In this document: in pieces, positions 1-12,280 of the stretch | How positions within the stretch are numbered: position 1 is the first letter of the stretch | Layout of the letters: every line of letters begins with the position of its first letter | From: Octopus sinensis | Lineage: Eukaryota | Direction of reading: 5' to 3' | NCBI RefSeq assembly: GCF_006345805.1 | Contig: NC_043002.1 | Span: 16,926,001-16,990,000, forward strand | Length of the DNA: 64,000 nt | The notes under the pieces: model-generated | The model's input: the letters and a program-made list of their open reading frames with translations, nothing else | Database searches by the model: none | What the model was told of the DNA's origin: nothing | Made by a program: the position numbers and the translations under genes

Positions 1-18
1 TAAGCATTATTCCTGGCC

Positions 19-121
19 AGGCGGAGGCTTTCCTGTATGTTTAGAAGCTTGCTACACAATCACGTGGTTCACGGGTTCAGTCCCACTGGCTGGAAACTTC
101 AGCAAGTGTCTATTTCCTATA
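19..121 (+). mobile_element. Degenerate head of tRNA-derived SINE (family B)
   Basis: agcttgctacacaatcacgtggttcacgggttcagtcccactg...gcaagtgtct matches the head of the fuller copies at 15362-15784 and 23992-24404; B-box-like gggttcagtcc. Confidence 0.75.
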
Positions 122-3084
122 TATGATTAATTGCTCCATATCCATAATCATATATAGAAATTTATGACAATTTTAGAAAGAAAAAGCCCTTCCCTGCTTC
201 CCATAGATATAACAGAATTTTTTCCCCCGAAAGACAGTTAGAATCTCATACTCTACTTTCCCCAATATGGGTACCACCACAGCAAGGTTAAACAGAAAGC
301 ATATGAAATTAGTAAGTGGTAGTAATAATAATAATGTTAAAGCCAAGACTAAATTAAACCCCTTCAATATGAATAAAAATATTAATGGTGACATAGAAAA
401 TAGAAACAGCGGTAATAGTGCATCTAATTTAAACAATATAGACTGTAGCTCTGAGGTCCATAGCCGCACAGGGACCACTGATATACCTGATGATGATGGG
501 CTGGATGTGAAAAATACTACAGTAGTAGTAGAAGGATTAATATTAATAGTAATATTAATGGTAATAGTGGTATAATTATCAATAATATTAATAGTATTAA
601 TTCCCCTAGTTGCAATTACATAAAGGCCGTTATTAGGCCGATGTTTAATCCAGAACGTAATCTATAAATGTACAAACACAACTGTAGCTGGTAACTTTGT
701 ACTTTTATCTTTATATATATATGTATATAACATTATATATATAACTTTGTATATATAACCAAAAAGGAAAAGATTTGAATAATTTTGTGTATATACCAAA
801 ATTTACAACAATAGAGGGAAAGAAAAACATTACATAGAATTAGTTTAATATTTATTCATATACTTAAATATTTACTTATGAGGTGGTATCTATGAAGATT
901 GATCACTGATATTTACTGGTATTTAATGAAGGACTACTGGGACGATAGAACATGTTAACTCTATAATAAGTAAAATCTGAGACGTAGGTTATAATTTGCA
1001 AAGTTGCCGGTGCTGTTATATATAAGCTAATATAAATTTCTACGGGTACAAAAATTAGGTTTATTTACATAAAGGCTATTATAAAATAATGATATGATCA
1101 GTAGGATATAACCCCATAGAAAGGAATAAATCATTTACTCAATAAAAACCATGATGAAGTATATATATCTTATTATCATCAAAAGAGAAGAGAAGATTAT
1201 ATAGAATCTGTTTACTAATTCAATCATTTAAACTAAAATTATTTATTTATTAGTTGGTATCCATAAAGACTGATACCTGGTATATACTAGAGGAATATTG
1301 AGGCTATAGAACATGCTAACTATATATTAATTATAAACTGAGAGGTATACCATAAGTTTTAAAATTCTCCAGTGTTAATACATACATGATTATATAGTTT
1401 CCTAAGGGTACTTAATTAGGAAGGCTACTTACATAAACGCCTTTATAAAAATAATAATATGATCAGGAGTGTGGAAGCTATAGAAAGGGATAAATAGATT
1501 AATCATTGAAATCATGATGAAGTTAGACTAACTAGGCAGGAATATTCATAGGATCGTATATTAATTCCATGTAGCACACTAACTTACTATACTATATAGG
1601 TTACATTATATCATGTTTCAAGCACTAAGTTAAATAATCGTGTACAGTTTGTGAATTCACCTATGGCAATGCATCACGGACGAGCTTTAATAAGACAAGA
1701 ATATCATTAGTTGCCAAATATTAATAACCAGATTCACAAAAGCTTCCAGTGCACCTGAATTCAACTTTTGTGATTAATTTTAATTAAAACAAATTTTGTA
1801 TTTTTTGACCAGACTTCTTAGGTGGGATTAAGAATGTGTGTAAAAATAATTACATTATAGTTGTAATACTAAATAATTTAGGAAATGTTTCCTTCCTGCG
1901 TTGATTATCATAACAGCTCAGTAATACGTATTAATTGAAAACTAACTAAATATCTTTAAATAACAACGCATTAGTCGGGATTTTAAAATACCTTTGCTCC
2001 TATGAAAATCACACAAACGGATAACAGATTTGGAGATTATGGTTCAATGCCAACATATATTTTAGGAGAATCATAGCAAATTTTACGGAACTTATACTAT
2101 TTTCTAGTAATTTCACTTTCTTTCTAAATCATTTACTCCGCACCAGAATAGATGATCTGTCGTTGTACGTAATCGAATTACACGTAAAATAATAATCGCA
2201 TTACATGGGATAAAGATTTCCATTACAGAAATATCTAAAATAGAAAAATCCATTCCATTTACTTCTGTATATTATTTATTCCGTGCAACTGGATCCCATG
2301 CCCGTAATGTAAATCACCAAACTACGTGCCTGCCTCCAATAAATTTACTACTCGACATACGGTTGTTTTCCTTTTATTTTCATCTATTTCATTCCAACTC
2401 TACGACCATGTAAGAAGGAGATGAAGGATATAATTGATAATACGATTTCGAGTAACTGTATGCTAATCCATTATACCGAAATTTTAACGAGGACATTATT
2501 CTAAATTTGACTTTGGATATCATACTTACTCGCTACTATTACATAATTTACACTTAGCATATCGCATCAATTTTGTTACGATGACTGCAAAAGCTATTAC
2601 ACTATATCTTAAATGCACAGATAAGGTAAAACAGCATTGTTAATTCGTTGGGACATGTGAATATTTTTTTCCAACGTTAAAACTATATTCAACTATGCAT
2701 CAAACTTGTTGAAATAAGGTGTATGTATGTGGGTTAAACTTTCGTTTGTCTGCTCAATTTTAAATCTACTTTTCTCAACATATATTAGACCAGAAATAAT
2801 ATATCAATTATTCCTGCAAGTGAGGCCGTCAGAAAAGAAAGTTGGTGACTTCTCTTACTAATTACTCTTTAATATATGCCTTTTAATAACTTTTATAAAT
2901 AATACACAATATTCTAAACTGTCTTAATAGTTGTCTGCAATCTATTTCACTAAGGGGCTGCCCCAGAAGAGTCTATAAACCAAATCTTATCTGGTATTTT
3001 GCACCACTTTCAAAAGAGAATATTTCAGTAATACTAAGCACTGATTAATGTACTGATTCTCGTAACTCAATATTACATATACAA

Positions 3085-3297
3085 ACTTCAAACTTTGGTA
3101 CAAGGCCAGATATTTCGGGAGTTCGAGTAAATCGATAACTTCGACCCTAGTGCTCATCTAGTAGTTATTTTAATGACGCCAAGATGATGAAAGACAATAT
3201 TGACCTCTGCGGAATTGGAACTCAGAAAGGGAAGATGGATGAAAAGATGCGAAGCATTTTGCCCGGCGTGCTAACTATTCTGCCAGTTCGCAGCGTC
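3085..3297 (-). mobile_element. tRNA-derived SINE (family A), diverged
   Basis: Reverse complement aligns by eye to the head at 7578 and 28000 (gctggcagaa..gttagcacgccgggc..gagttc..attccgc). Confidence 0.8.
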
Positions 3298-3840
3298 CAC
3301 CATTAATTACATTAATGTGCACCTCCTCTCCTATTAGATATTTTGTAAGGTTTGCGCTACATAGTAATTTCAAGTTCATTTACAGAAACTTCTAAACAGG
3401 ATACTGCAGTAAGACGAAAGATCGATGATTGACAAAGCATTTCCTAACTTGTAAGTTTCCACTATATTATACGAAAATTCTGCTGGAACTTTCATTGATT
3501 TTGCTGCCTCACATTGTAAATGTGTTACAATTAAATATTTATGGCATTTTCTTGCATTGTATTATAATGACGAATGACACCAATGCAAATGATTCCAATA
3601 TTTAATGCACGAATATACTTCATCCCTTACGTAATCAGATGGTCATGTATTTCTAAGAATTAGCAATTATATTGTGTGACAAAATACATTTTGGTTAGTG
3701 GTATCCGGGGCTAAAATATATAAATTGGATCGGATTAGAAATCGAAAAACCATTTAGTTTAGTTTCAGGAACTTCAGTCTTAGTTACCTGAATATGTGTA
3801 GGGAATAATCATATTTTCGAATAACGGTGAAAGGTCGCAG

Positions 3841-3875
3841 GCACACACACACACACACACGCACACACACTCACT

Positions 3876-3903
<28 letters not shown>
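3841..3903. repeat. (CA)n microsatellite
   Basis: Direct reading. Confidence 0.95.
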
Positions 3904-3906
<3 letters not shown>

Positions 3907-4605
3907 TTGGGAAGTATATTCCCATTTTATTGAATATTGTAGCTTGTAAGTGCTACCTTATATCAGCCCTTATAGCACAGAAAAAGAAAGAATATGGAGG
4001 GAAAAACAGAAATGTTGTCACTATATACGGCACATTATTTTGTCTCTCCTATCCGATTCTATTATTTTGATATAATTCAGTGCAGAAACAGGTAAGGGAT
4101 TTCCAATTATAAATTAAAGTGTGGAAATATGATAGAACATATTCCACATATAGATAACTGTAAGCTAGTACCTAAAATATCTAGTCTTAAACATTTCGTA
4201 TATGAATAATTTCCATGTATGTCATTACATGTAGCAATCAATCTAAGCGCCATCTGCGATTTCGGTTCCCTTTCACATTAACTAATTTCAAAATCAAAAC
4301 AATAATATGGAAGTTGTTAATCATTTTGCTAATAATTAAAACTTAAAATGTTAGTGCAACTATAAAGGGATTTTAAACTTTAATTTAAAACCCTGATATC
4401 AGGAATTTTTTTTCTCTTTAGTCAAGACATAAAGTCATTATATCAATGCTAAGGATGTTTTTCTGAAATTGAAAGGTAACTTCTTAGTATAAATGTGAAT
4501 ATTAATATGACATTAAGTAATTATATCACCTGAATAAGTTTGAGGTGCTTTGGTGAATTGCAGAATAAATATGAAAGACACAGTAATTTAATATTTGATT
4601 TAGAT

Positions 4606-4833
4606 TTAACCCTTTAGTATTCAGATTACTCTGTCAAATGTAAAGCTTGTTTAATTACATTGTTTTAAATTAATTGTACAGCATCTTGTAACTCTGAGAT
4701 TTTGATGATGTCCCTGTTTAATTTTAGAATGACTTTGTAGGGTAGGTGTGAGAGGTCAGAGCTGGCTGGTTTGAGCATAAAACAAGAAGGCAATTTTGGC
4801 CTGATATGGCCGGTTTAAACACTAAAGGGTTAA
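4606..4833. mobile_element. piggyBac-like MITE, 228 bp including TTAA sites
   Basis: TTAA-CCCTTTAG at 4606-4617 and CTAAAGGG-TTAA at 4822-4833. TTAA target duplication plus CCC-starting TIRs is the piggyBac signature. No ORF inside. Confidence 0.75.
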
Positions 4834-5404
4834 ACTATTTTAAAATGTTCTAAATACGTAATAAAAGAGGCTCAGAGATGCTCTAAATAATTTTATATCA
4901 GTTACATATTGTCCAAAGCATAGCTGATATGAAACAAGCAGGTTAGTGTAAGCTTGACTTATAGAAATAAAAATCAAAATTTCTCCCAACCACCTCCTCA
5001 CATCATACAAACCAATATACAAGCTTGCTGAGAAGGAATGGGCATAGTAGTCATCCACTTGATCATACATCATACACCATAGCGTTTGTGTAATTCATAT
5101 ATCGTTGTTATTATCAACAACATGACTTTTTATTACTTCTAAAGTTACTCTTATTGTTGTTAAATTCAATTATGTCTGATGTTGTCCATTCAATGTTTTT
5201 ACTTCTCCTGCTGCTATAACTATATTTTAGAGAACGGCCATTACTCAGCACAGTTACGTATAGCGTTTGTATTAATCCTTTTACTAAAGACGTGATTATT
5301 TATTTAGTTATGTTGAGAACATTGACAAAAGTCATTCCAGAATTCTGCACCCGTTCATAATTTTTAATCAAGTAATATGTTTAGTATTACTACTGTATTC
5401 GTGC

Positions 5405-5628
5405 ATCCCAACTTTCTTTCACTGTTTCTCCTTGCTTAAGTTCTGCCTGTACCTCAAAGTGCCAGCCTCGTTACACTCTGTGTCACGCTGAATCTCCCCG
5501 AGAACAACGTTAAGGGTACACGAATCTCTGGAGTGCTCAGCCACTTGCACGTTAATTGCAAGAGCAGGCTGTTCCGTTGATCGGATCAACTGGAACCCTC
5601 GTCGTGGTAACCGACGGAGTGCCACGTT
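5405..5628 (+). mobile_element. SINE family D body and 3' part
   Basis: Shares ctgtacct..gccag..acactctg with 21415-21520 and aactttct..cact with 39338-39510; followed by a (TACA)n tail. Explains the spurious 5419..5640 ORF. Confidence 0.65.
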
Positions 5629-5694
5629 ATATACATACATACATACACATATTCACACTCACATGCACACACACATGCATATATATATATATAT

Positions 5695-5734
<40 letters not shown>

Positions 5735-5764
5735 GAAAGTTGGTTCGTGAAAGCACGTGGGTGA

Positions 5765-6036
5765 ATATATAGAAAATAGTAGAGTGAAAAAACGACAGAA
5801 GGCTTAAATGTTAAAAAATATATATATTTGCGTCAATATGTCTGAAGAATATTAGAAAATTTAAAAAAAAAAAAAATTTTCCCTCTTATAATGACATAAA
5901 TTAAAAGAAAGACCGGTTTCGCGTGTAGCTTTTCAAATTTCTTGTGAAAAATTTTCTAATATTCTTCAGACATATTGACACAAATATATATATCTTTTAA
6001 CATTTAAGCCTTCTGTCGTTTTTTCACTCTACTATT

Positions 6037-6046
<10 letters not shown>
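5765..6046. repeat. Inverted repeat, arms about 98 bp (5765-5862 / 5949-6046), running into (TA)n
   Basis: agaaaatagtagagtgaaaaaacgacagaaggcttaaatgttaaaa...gtcaatatgtctgaagaatattagaaaattt and its reverse complement, with 2-3 mismatches. Confidence 0.95.
5905..5943 (-). ncRNA. Minimal type-I hammerhead-like motif, U3-A8 variant
   Basis: Minus strand reads AAGAAA-U-UUGAAAA-GC UACAC GC-GAAA-CCGG-U-C-UUUCUU: 6-bp stem I, 2-bp stem II, palindromic ACCGGU stem III, GUC cleavage triplet. Confidence 0.55.
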
Positions 6047-6094
<48 letters not shown>

Positions 6095-6669
6095 TTATAG
6101 ACCGATCTTGAGCAAGTAGATCGCTACCAAAGTCTTTCCAGCAGTTTTTCTGATAACTGTATACCATTAACTAAATTAACATATGAGATCATTCTCTTTT
6201 AGAAATGAAAATTTTGAGGGAGACTCACATGCTAGTTTTAGCAGATCATATGTCTGACCGGCTAGAATCCGCCATGTTGTTTTCGTGGCTCTTACCTTTG
6301 TTGCAGATGTTCATTTGCTTTCCGCTCTACTTGTTATAAAGTCTTTTGTTATGGGAGATGAGATGATGTTTTCCAAATGTTTTTGTTGATACAACTATTT
6401 CAATGGAGAACTAAATTTCCAATCAATGTTTACTATCATTCTAATATCTGTAACTTCCGTTTTCTTACTTCAGCTTTCCTGTAACATCCGCTTGATCGAA
6501 GACGAAATTGATGAAAGAATTCTATGTGAATTCAAATGTTTTCTCAAATGAAAATAGATGATCAAGACAGCACCCTCCTTTCGCTCTAGAGGGTATGCAT
6601 TCTTGAATAAGTGTGCATTAAATTCACGCTAATGAACAACACAAAGAATTGGAAATTTACATCTATTGC

Positions 6670-6900
6670 CTGTAAAGCAAAATATGACGATGGCGACGAC
6701 GATCGAGAGTCAGAGAAGATTGTTGGCAATACAGATGATGATGATGATGAGCCTAATAAAGAGATGGGAAGAAGGAGGAGGAGGGAGAGGAGGGGAGACA
6801 AGAGCGATGCCGATGACCATGGTGATGGAGAAGATGGAGGACAAGATTAAGAAGACGAAGAAGAATTCGAGAAGTGGAAGGGAAGAGGCCAGCGCTGAGG
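6670..6900. repeat. Purine-rich low-complexity tract (GAT/GAG/GAA)
   Basis: Direct reading; accounts for the three overlapping ORFs at 6586-6920. Confidence 0.85.
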
Positions 6901-7577
6901 ACCACGGCTGCTACTCATGACAGTAATACATTTACACATTTGATGCTAATACATAGATTTATTATTTTGATGAAAAACATAATTGCTGAAGCTGAAAATG
7001 AAAAAAAAATATCATTCATTCTATAGTATTTCATTTGGAGAAATATTATTTTATAAAATTAAGTCAAAAGATTGGAATTTCATTCAGCTTCGAAGGTGGT
7101 TAAATTCACTCTTTCTATCGACTGGTCCGCACATTGATTTCTTATGTAAATAAGTGACTATTCAAAGGGACGACTTTAACTTTAAAATCACATAGAATCA
7201 TTGTGACTCAACGTAAGACAAGGCCTGCGTTTTGCATTACAGACATAGTTTATTCTACGTGCTTTATCATAATGTAAATTCACCCAGTTTTAGTTACATG
7301 GTACAGATTCATCTAAAAATACGCGAAAAATCATTTGGTTAGGTGGTCAAATAAAGGGATCGAACCAAAATTTACAACATCATAATTACAGACACGTATA
7401 TGCACATATCCACACGCAAGCAGATATATATGTACATGGGAGGACATATATAAGTTTAATACTTTTATGAAATGCGGGTGAGTTTATGTGTAAAAATATA
7501 ATAAATATGCATCCTACAAAACTTACTAGGCAAATCTTTTGTTTAACGGTTATTTTATTCTTTAATGGTAATATTTT

Positions 7578-7809
7578 AAGGCGGCGAGCTAGCAGAATCG
7601 TTAGCACGCCGGGCGAAATGCTTAGCAGTATTTCGTCTGGCGCTACGTTCTGAGTTCAAATTGCGCCGGGGTCGGCTTTGCCTTTCATCTTTTCGGAGTT
7701 GATTAAATAAGTACCAGTTACGCACTAGGGTCGATATAATCGACTTAAACCGTTTGTCTGGCCTTGTTTGTCCTCTCTGTGTTTAGCCCCTTGTGGGTAG
7801 TAAAGAAAT
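7578..7809 (+). mobile_element. tRNA-derived SINE (family A), full length
   Basis: aaggcggcgagctagcagaatcgttagc (A-box-like), ctgagttcaaatt (B-box), tail gccccttgtgggtagtaaagaaat. Confidence 0.9.
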
Positions 7810-7840
7810 TGGCAATATTTTATTCTGTAACTCAATACGA

Positions 7841-8030
7841 AGGTGGCACGCTGTCAAAGTCGTCAGCATGCCGGGTTGAATGCTTAGCGGGATTTCAGCC
7901 GTCTGTTAGTTGCGAGTTCTAATTCCGCTGAGGTCGAATTCGCCCTTTATCATTTCAGGCTGGATGGAATAGGTACCAATTGGAATAGGTAACGGGTTGG
8001 ATTTAATCAACTACCCCCGCGCACAAAAAA
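7841..8030 (+). mobile_element. SINE family A, older diverged copy
   Basis: gcatgccgggttgaatgcttagcgggatttc..gagttctaattccgctgaggtcga aligns to the family A head. Confidence 0.7.
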
Positions 8031-8719
8031 TCTGTATCTTGTATCTGTAGTTGAAAGGATGATAACTCAACATAAGATGACAAACTGGATGAATGATTCG
8101 CTCGCTGGTTAACGTGCTTAGCGGTATTTCTTCCGGTTTCGAATTTTGACTGAAAATAACATCGAGGTGCAAATCGGTTGTAGCATAGTTGAAATGATTC
8201 TGACTCGACTTGCAAGCATGTGTGTGTGTGTATGTGTGTGTGATATAAAATAATCTCACATAGGCAAACACACCTTCTGTTTGGACGTTGACGTGATATC
8301 AAATCATACCCGCAATAATTATTTTTCATTATGGCAAAAGACCAGGTCCTTTGAAGGAAAGGACTGCAAGATTACATTAGTCCGATTACTTTACTGCTAA
8401 TTGGTGTTAACCTCGATTGGATTTGAGCTCAGAACATGAAATAATGGAGAAATCTTGCTAAGCGTTTTTCCTGAGGCACTAACGATTCTGCCAGCACGAT
8501 GCTTTGATCAGGAACGTGACACATAGTTGAAGTAATCATGCGTGAAATGAAAGAAACGTAAAGAGAAAGGAATATGATTATTTGTCAGTAAATGACGAGA
8601 AAAAGAACTGGCGTTATAGGAAATAAGAAGTGGGCAACTATACATGACCTGGAGGAAATGATGCACAATAAAGCCTAATATTTTAACTGTGTTTTAAGTA
8701 TATCCGTCTTTTACCATTT

Positions 8720-8925
8720 TGACATAGTAAACATGTTTTTCAACTATATTTCAAATGCAGTGATAGGAAATATAGTTATATTATAAGTCACGGAATATGA
8801 ACATGACTTAAAATTTTATTTCAAAAATAGTAATAGGAAATATAGGTATATAAGTCACGCAATGAGTAACATGATTTATTTCAAATTCAGTAATAAGAAT
8901 TACGCTATAATATAAATCACGAAAA
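8720..8925. repeat. Diverged minisatellite, about 3.5 units of 60-70 bp
   Basis: Recurrent gt(g/a)ataggaaatatag..tataagtcacg..aacatga..tatttcaaa units. Confidence 0.75.
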
Positions 8926-9176
8926 TCTATTCTGAAAACCACATACAACAATTGAACAAAAGAAAACACCATCGGGGAGGGAAATGACAGTAACTCGGTG
9001 AAAATACACACGAAGATATGGAAACAATAAATGGGATGAAAGAGAAAGAATTTGAAAAATTTGAAAGAAAATGGGTCTCAAGTCGCAACATTAAACACAC
9101 AACAGCAATTCAAGTATTTAAAATGCGAAGAATTGGTGAAGTGAATGAAAATACGAGATTATACGTTGCGAAATAA

Positions 9177-9244
<68 letters not shown>

Positions 9245-9245
9245 C

Positions 9246-9385
9246 AGGCGACGTTCAGTTTTCGTCTACCAAATCCACTCGGAGCAGTTATAGGAGAAAT
9301 CACTTAACCAATGTGCGACGCAGTGAGGCTGTATCTAGAACCATGTGTTTCAGACGCAAAACTTCTCACCATATACAACCACGCC
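9246..9385 (-). mobile_element. SINE family B head, degenerate, between two (TA)n tracts
   Basis: cagttttcgtctaccaaatccactc..gacgcagtg..agaaccatgtg matches the family B reverse complement. Confidence 0.7.
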
Positions 9386-9405
9386 TACTTATGTATATAT
9401 GGATG

Positions 9406-9492
<87 letters not shown>

Positions 9493-10094
9493 TTCAGAAT
9501 TTCAGGCTTTGCTGAAAAAGCTACTTATGAAAGAATTTCTGAACTTTTGAATGGCCTCTACGAATGTTGAATGTTTAGCACACACACACATACAAACATG
9601 TTCATGCAAACACACACATACACACACAAACACAAGCACACATACATACATACACACACTGACACACACAAGCGCACATACATACATGCATACACACACA
9701 CTCACACACAGAAAGTTGCCTCTCTTTAATTATCATATAATAAATATGAGAAAAATGCATGTTTTTGATAAATGTGGTTGTTCTATAATTCTTTTATGAC
9801 ATTTCATGTGTAAAGAGTTAACTAGGAGGCGTGTGGCAAGAATTTTCTCAGCCAGCTCATATTAAATAGAATGGAAAATGATTTAATAACCGCCTTCTTG
9901 ACCATGTATATTGAAGTTGAATTCAGAAAAAAATTTTTTTTTAATCTCTGAGAAGTTGATATCGAAAGATGAAAAGAGAAAATGCATTACGAATGTAGTA
10001 ATTGGACGGTGTCAAGAGACATGCATTAATGTGGGGAAACTTTTTGCTTGTGTTTGTCCCCACATCATTGCTTGAAACCGGTCCGAGTACGTTT

Positions 10095-10245
10095 CTCTCG
10101 GTGTAACTTGATGGTTCGGCAAAAGCGTCCAATGGAATAAGTACTAGGCAGTAAAAATTAGGTCCTGGGGTCGATTGCTCAACCGAAAGACTTTTAGGGT
10201 GGTGATCAAGCATGGTCGCAGTCAAAATATCTGAAACTAGTAAAA
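10095..10245 (+). mobile_element. SINE family B 3' tail
   Basis: ggttcggcaaaag..gaataagtactagg..gtcctggggtcgattgctc..gcatggtcgcagtcaaa..tgaaactagtaaaa. Confidence 0.75.
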
Positions 10246-10261
10246 TGATATATATATATAT

Positions 10262-10351
<90 letters not shown>

Positions 10352-10970
10352 ATGTGCAGAAGGGGAGTGAAAGACAGAGAGACGCAGTTAAACATCGTAG
10401 ATACCACAAAGTCCAATTGGAAGTTCGTGGAGGATTCTTGTAAATATTGATGTTTAGTTTTTCCTTTAATATTCATGCAGATATGTTAAACTTTTGTATG
10501 TTAGTAAAAAAGATGAACATTAAATAATTAATTCACTTTGTTTCTGAAGGCGTGAGGATATTAATGTTTAACAATCCAGTGCTCGAGGCTATCCAAGTGG
10601 TTTTAATGAGTTGCAAATATAAAATCGGAATTATGAAGTGAGAAACGGAAAAAGATATGCGAGAGTGAACAATTGTATGTTTATGATATTTAATTAGAGA
10701 CTTTGTTTTAATTTTGGAGTCCTATCTAAGCGGAGGTTCACATACCAACAATATTTTTCCATATTTTCGATGTTTCTTACGGACTATGTACGCAGATCCT
10801 TAAAACATGATGGGCCCTTAATATTTCTGTCATCGTCTTTCCCCACTCTAATTTTAGTAATTTTACTTCAAAAACCACAGTTAAAAAATGAAAATGAGAA
10901 CTGTTAAAAATTAAAATGAGAACACGCGCACTATATGTTCGGTGTTCACTTCCTTCAGCTTTATATTTCG

Positions 10971-11011
10971 GCGAAAGTTCTTTCGTCACACTTCTTTGAC
11001 CTCATCAGTGG
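10971..11011 (-). ncRNA. Hammerhead core downstream of the PLE ORF; stem III and cleavage site decayed
   Basis: Minus strand reads CCA-CUGAUGA-G-GUCA AAGAAGUG UGAC-GAAA-GAACUUUC. Core and 4-bp stem II are intact; no convincing stem I partner. Confidence 0.45.
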
Positions 11012-11394
11012 TCCTTTGCTTTCTTCTTTATATTTATGTCTCTCCTTCCTAAATATCTGCCGTTTTGTATTCCTACTGTATGTGTATTTACTTGCACATA
11101 CGTATATCACTATGTATGCCTAGGTTGAGTGTTTGAGTGGGGATGTGTAGCAGTACCTCCTGTTTATTTACTTTTGTTTATTTTATTCAATTGTTTTTAT
11201 CTATTTACTTTTTCATTTATTTATTTTTTTGATTTAATTTAATATATTATATTTTGTTTATATATATAAGTATATATTCATTTATTTATCTGTGCATTAT
11301 ATTAGTTTCATATTATTTTTAGCTTATGAGTATCTTATTCTGTCATAGATTGTGGTGTGTGTGTGTGGGCCGGGTGCTAGTGTTCCGTTCTAGT

Positions 11395-11850
11395 TTTCTA
11401 TTTAGGCTATGTCTATCTTGAAATATGTGTACATTCCGTAATTTGTCTAAGCATTCTATGTGTAGACACTATTTTAGTTTCTATGTCGTTGAGTGAGATC
11501 CTCTTGTTCCCGCTCAGGTATGCTGTTATGGAAGCGATCAGTACTTCTCTTCCTTAAGTTCTCTCCAATGACCATTTGTCCGATCTCCTATGCTCCGCGC
11601 TGTCTCCCCTATGTCTTTCGTTGTCTTGTTTCTGCACCGTTCCTCTGTACATCTTATACTATAAACTACATTGTTAGCTTTACAATTTGTTTACGGGTTA
11701 AATCTACATACAATACAGTTCCTATCAGTACATGGGGTTCTACTAAAAGGGTAGGTTCTACCCATTATGGATTTGATAGGGTTTCCTAGCCTTTCTACAA
11801 CCTTAATTCTTAGCTTAAGACTGTCTATGGCCCTTCGAAAGCGGTACAAT
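11395..11850 (-). pseudogene. Penelope-like element GIY-YIG endonuclease region, decayed
   Basis: Translates YRFRRAIDSLKLRIKVVERLGNPIKSIMGRTYPFSRTPCTDRNCIVCRFNP*TNCKANNVVYSIRCTEERCRNKTTKDIGETARSIGDRTNGHW, then LRQITECTHI..SLNRKLE. Shows the Cys cluster, the VVY...(Y>D)IGET.R...R..H pattern and the RQI.E...I..LNRK.E end typical of PLE endonucleases. In-frame stops present. Confidence 0.85.
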
Positions 11851-11905
11851 TGAACGCAATAAGAAGAAAATAAGCAATGCCAACTCATGATAGAATACCC
11901 ACAAA

Positions 11906-12025
11906 TACGAGTATGTCAAATCCATTGACACCACCCTTAGAGGCAAACTGGCATACCGTTTTAGAAGGACCCTAGACAAGCTTAAGCTAAGATTTAGGGT
12001 TGGAAAAAAGCCAGGTAATCGTTAT
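11906..12025 (+). pseudogene. Second PLE fragment, inverted relative to 11395-11850
   Basis: YEYVKSIDTTLRGKLAYRFRRTLDKLKLRFRVGKKPGNR aligns to YRFRRAIDSLKLRIKVVERLGNP of the minus-strand copy. Confidence 0.75.
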
Positions 12026-12280
12026 TGATACCTTATATAAATGCCATTGTTATTAATTACAGTATTGTAAAACCCGACACCGTATACAAAACCATTCGCG
12101 CACCATATATATATAAGAGATAATGGTGTCATTGAGACCCAAAGGTGTCAGGTTATGCTGAATAAGTGCTATAGACATGCCATAGTTAAGTTCCAGGTTC
12201 GGCAATATTGCAAATAAAGGGTTCAACGTCGTTCCTATGTCAGCGTGTGCATAAAATAATGTTTTGCATAAAAAGACAAA

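Noticed and set aside
267-575. 102-aa ORF with a hydrophobic C-terminus (tail-anchored-like)
   Set aside because: The N/I/V richness derives from degenerate AAT/AGT repeats; there is no other support for coding.
6240-6480. Strong minus-strand donor AAG|GTAAGA at 6296
   Set aside because: All frames from the nearby acceptors contain stops; at most a non-coding exon, and unsupported.
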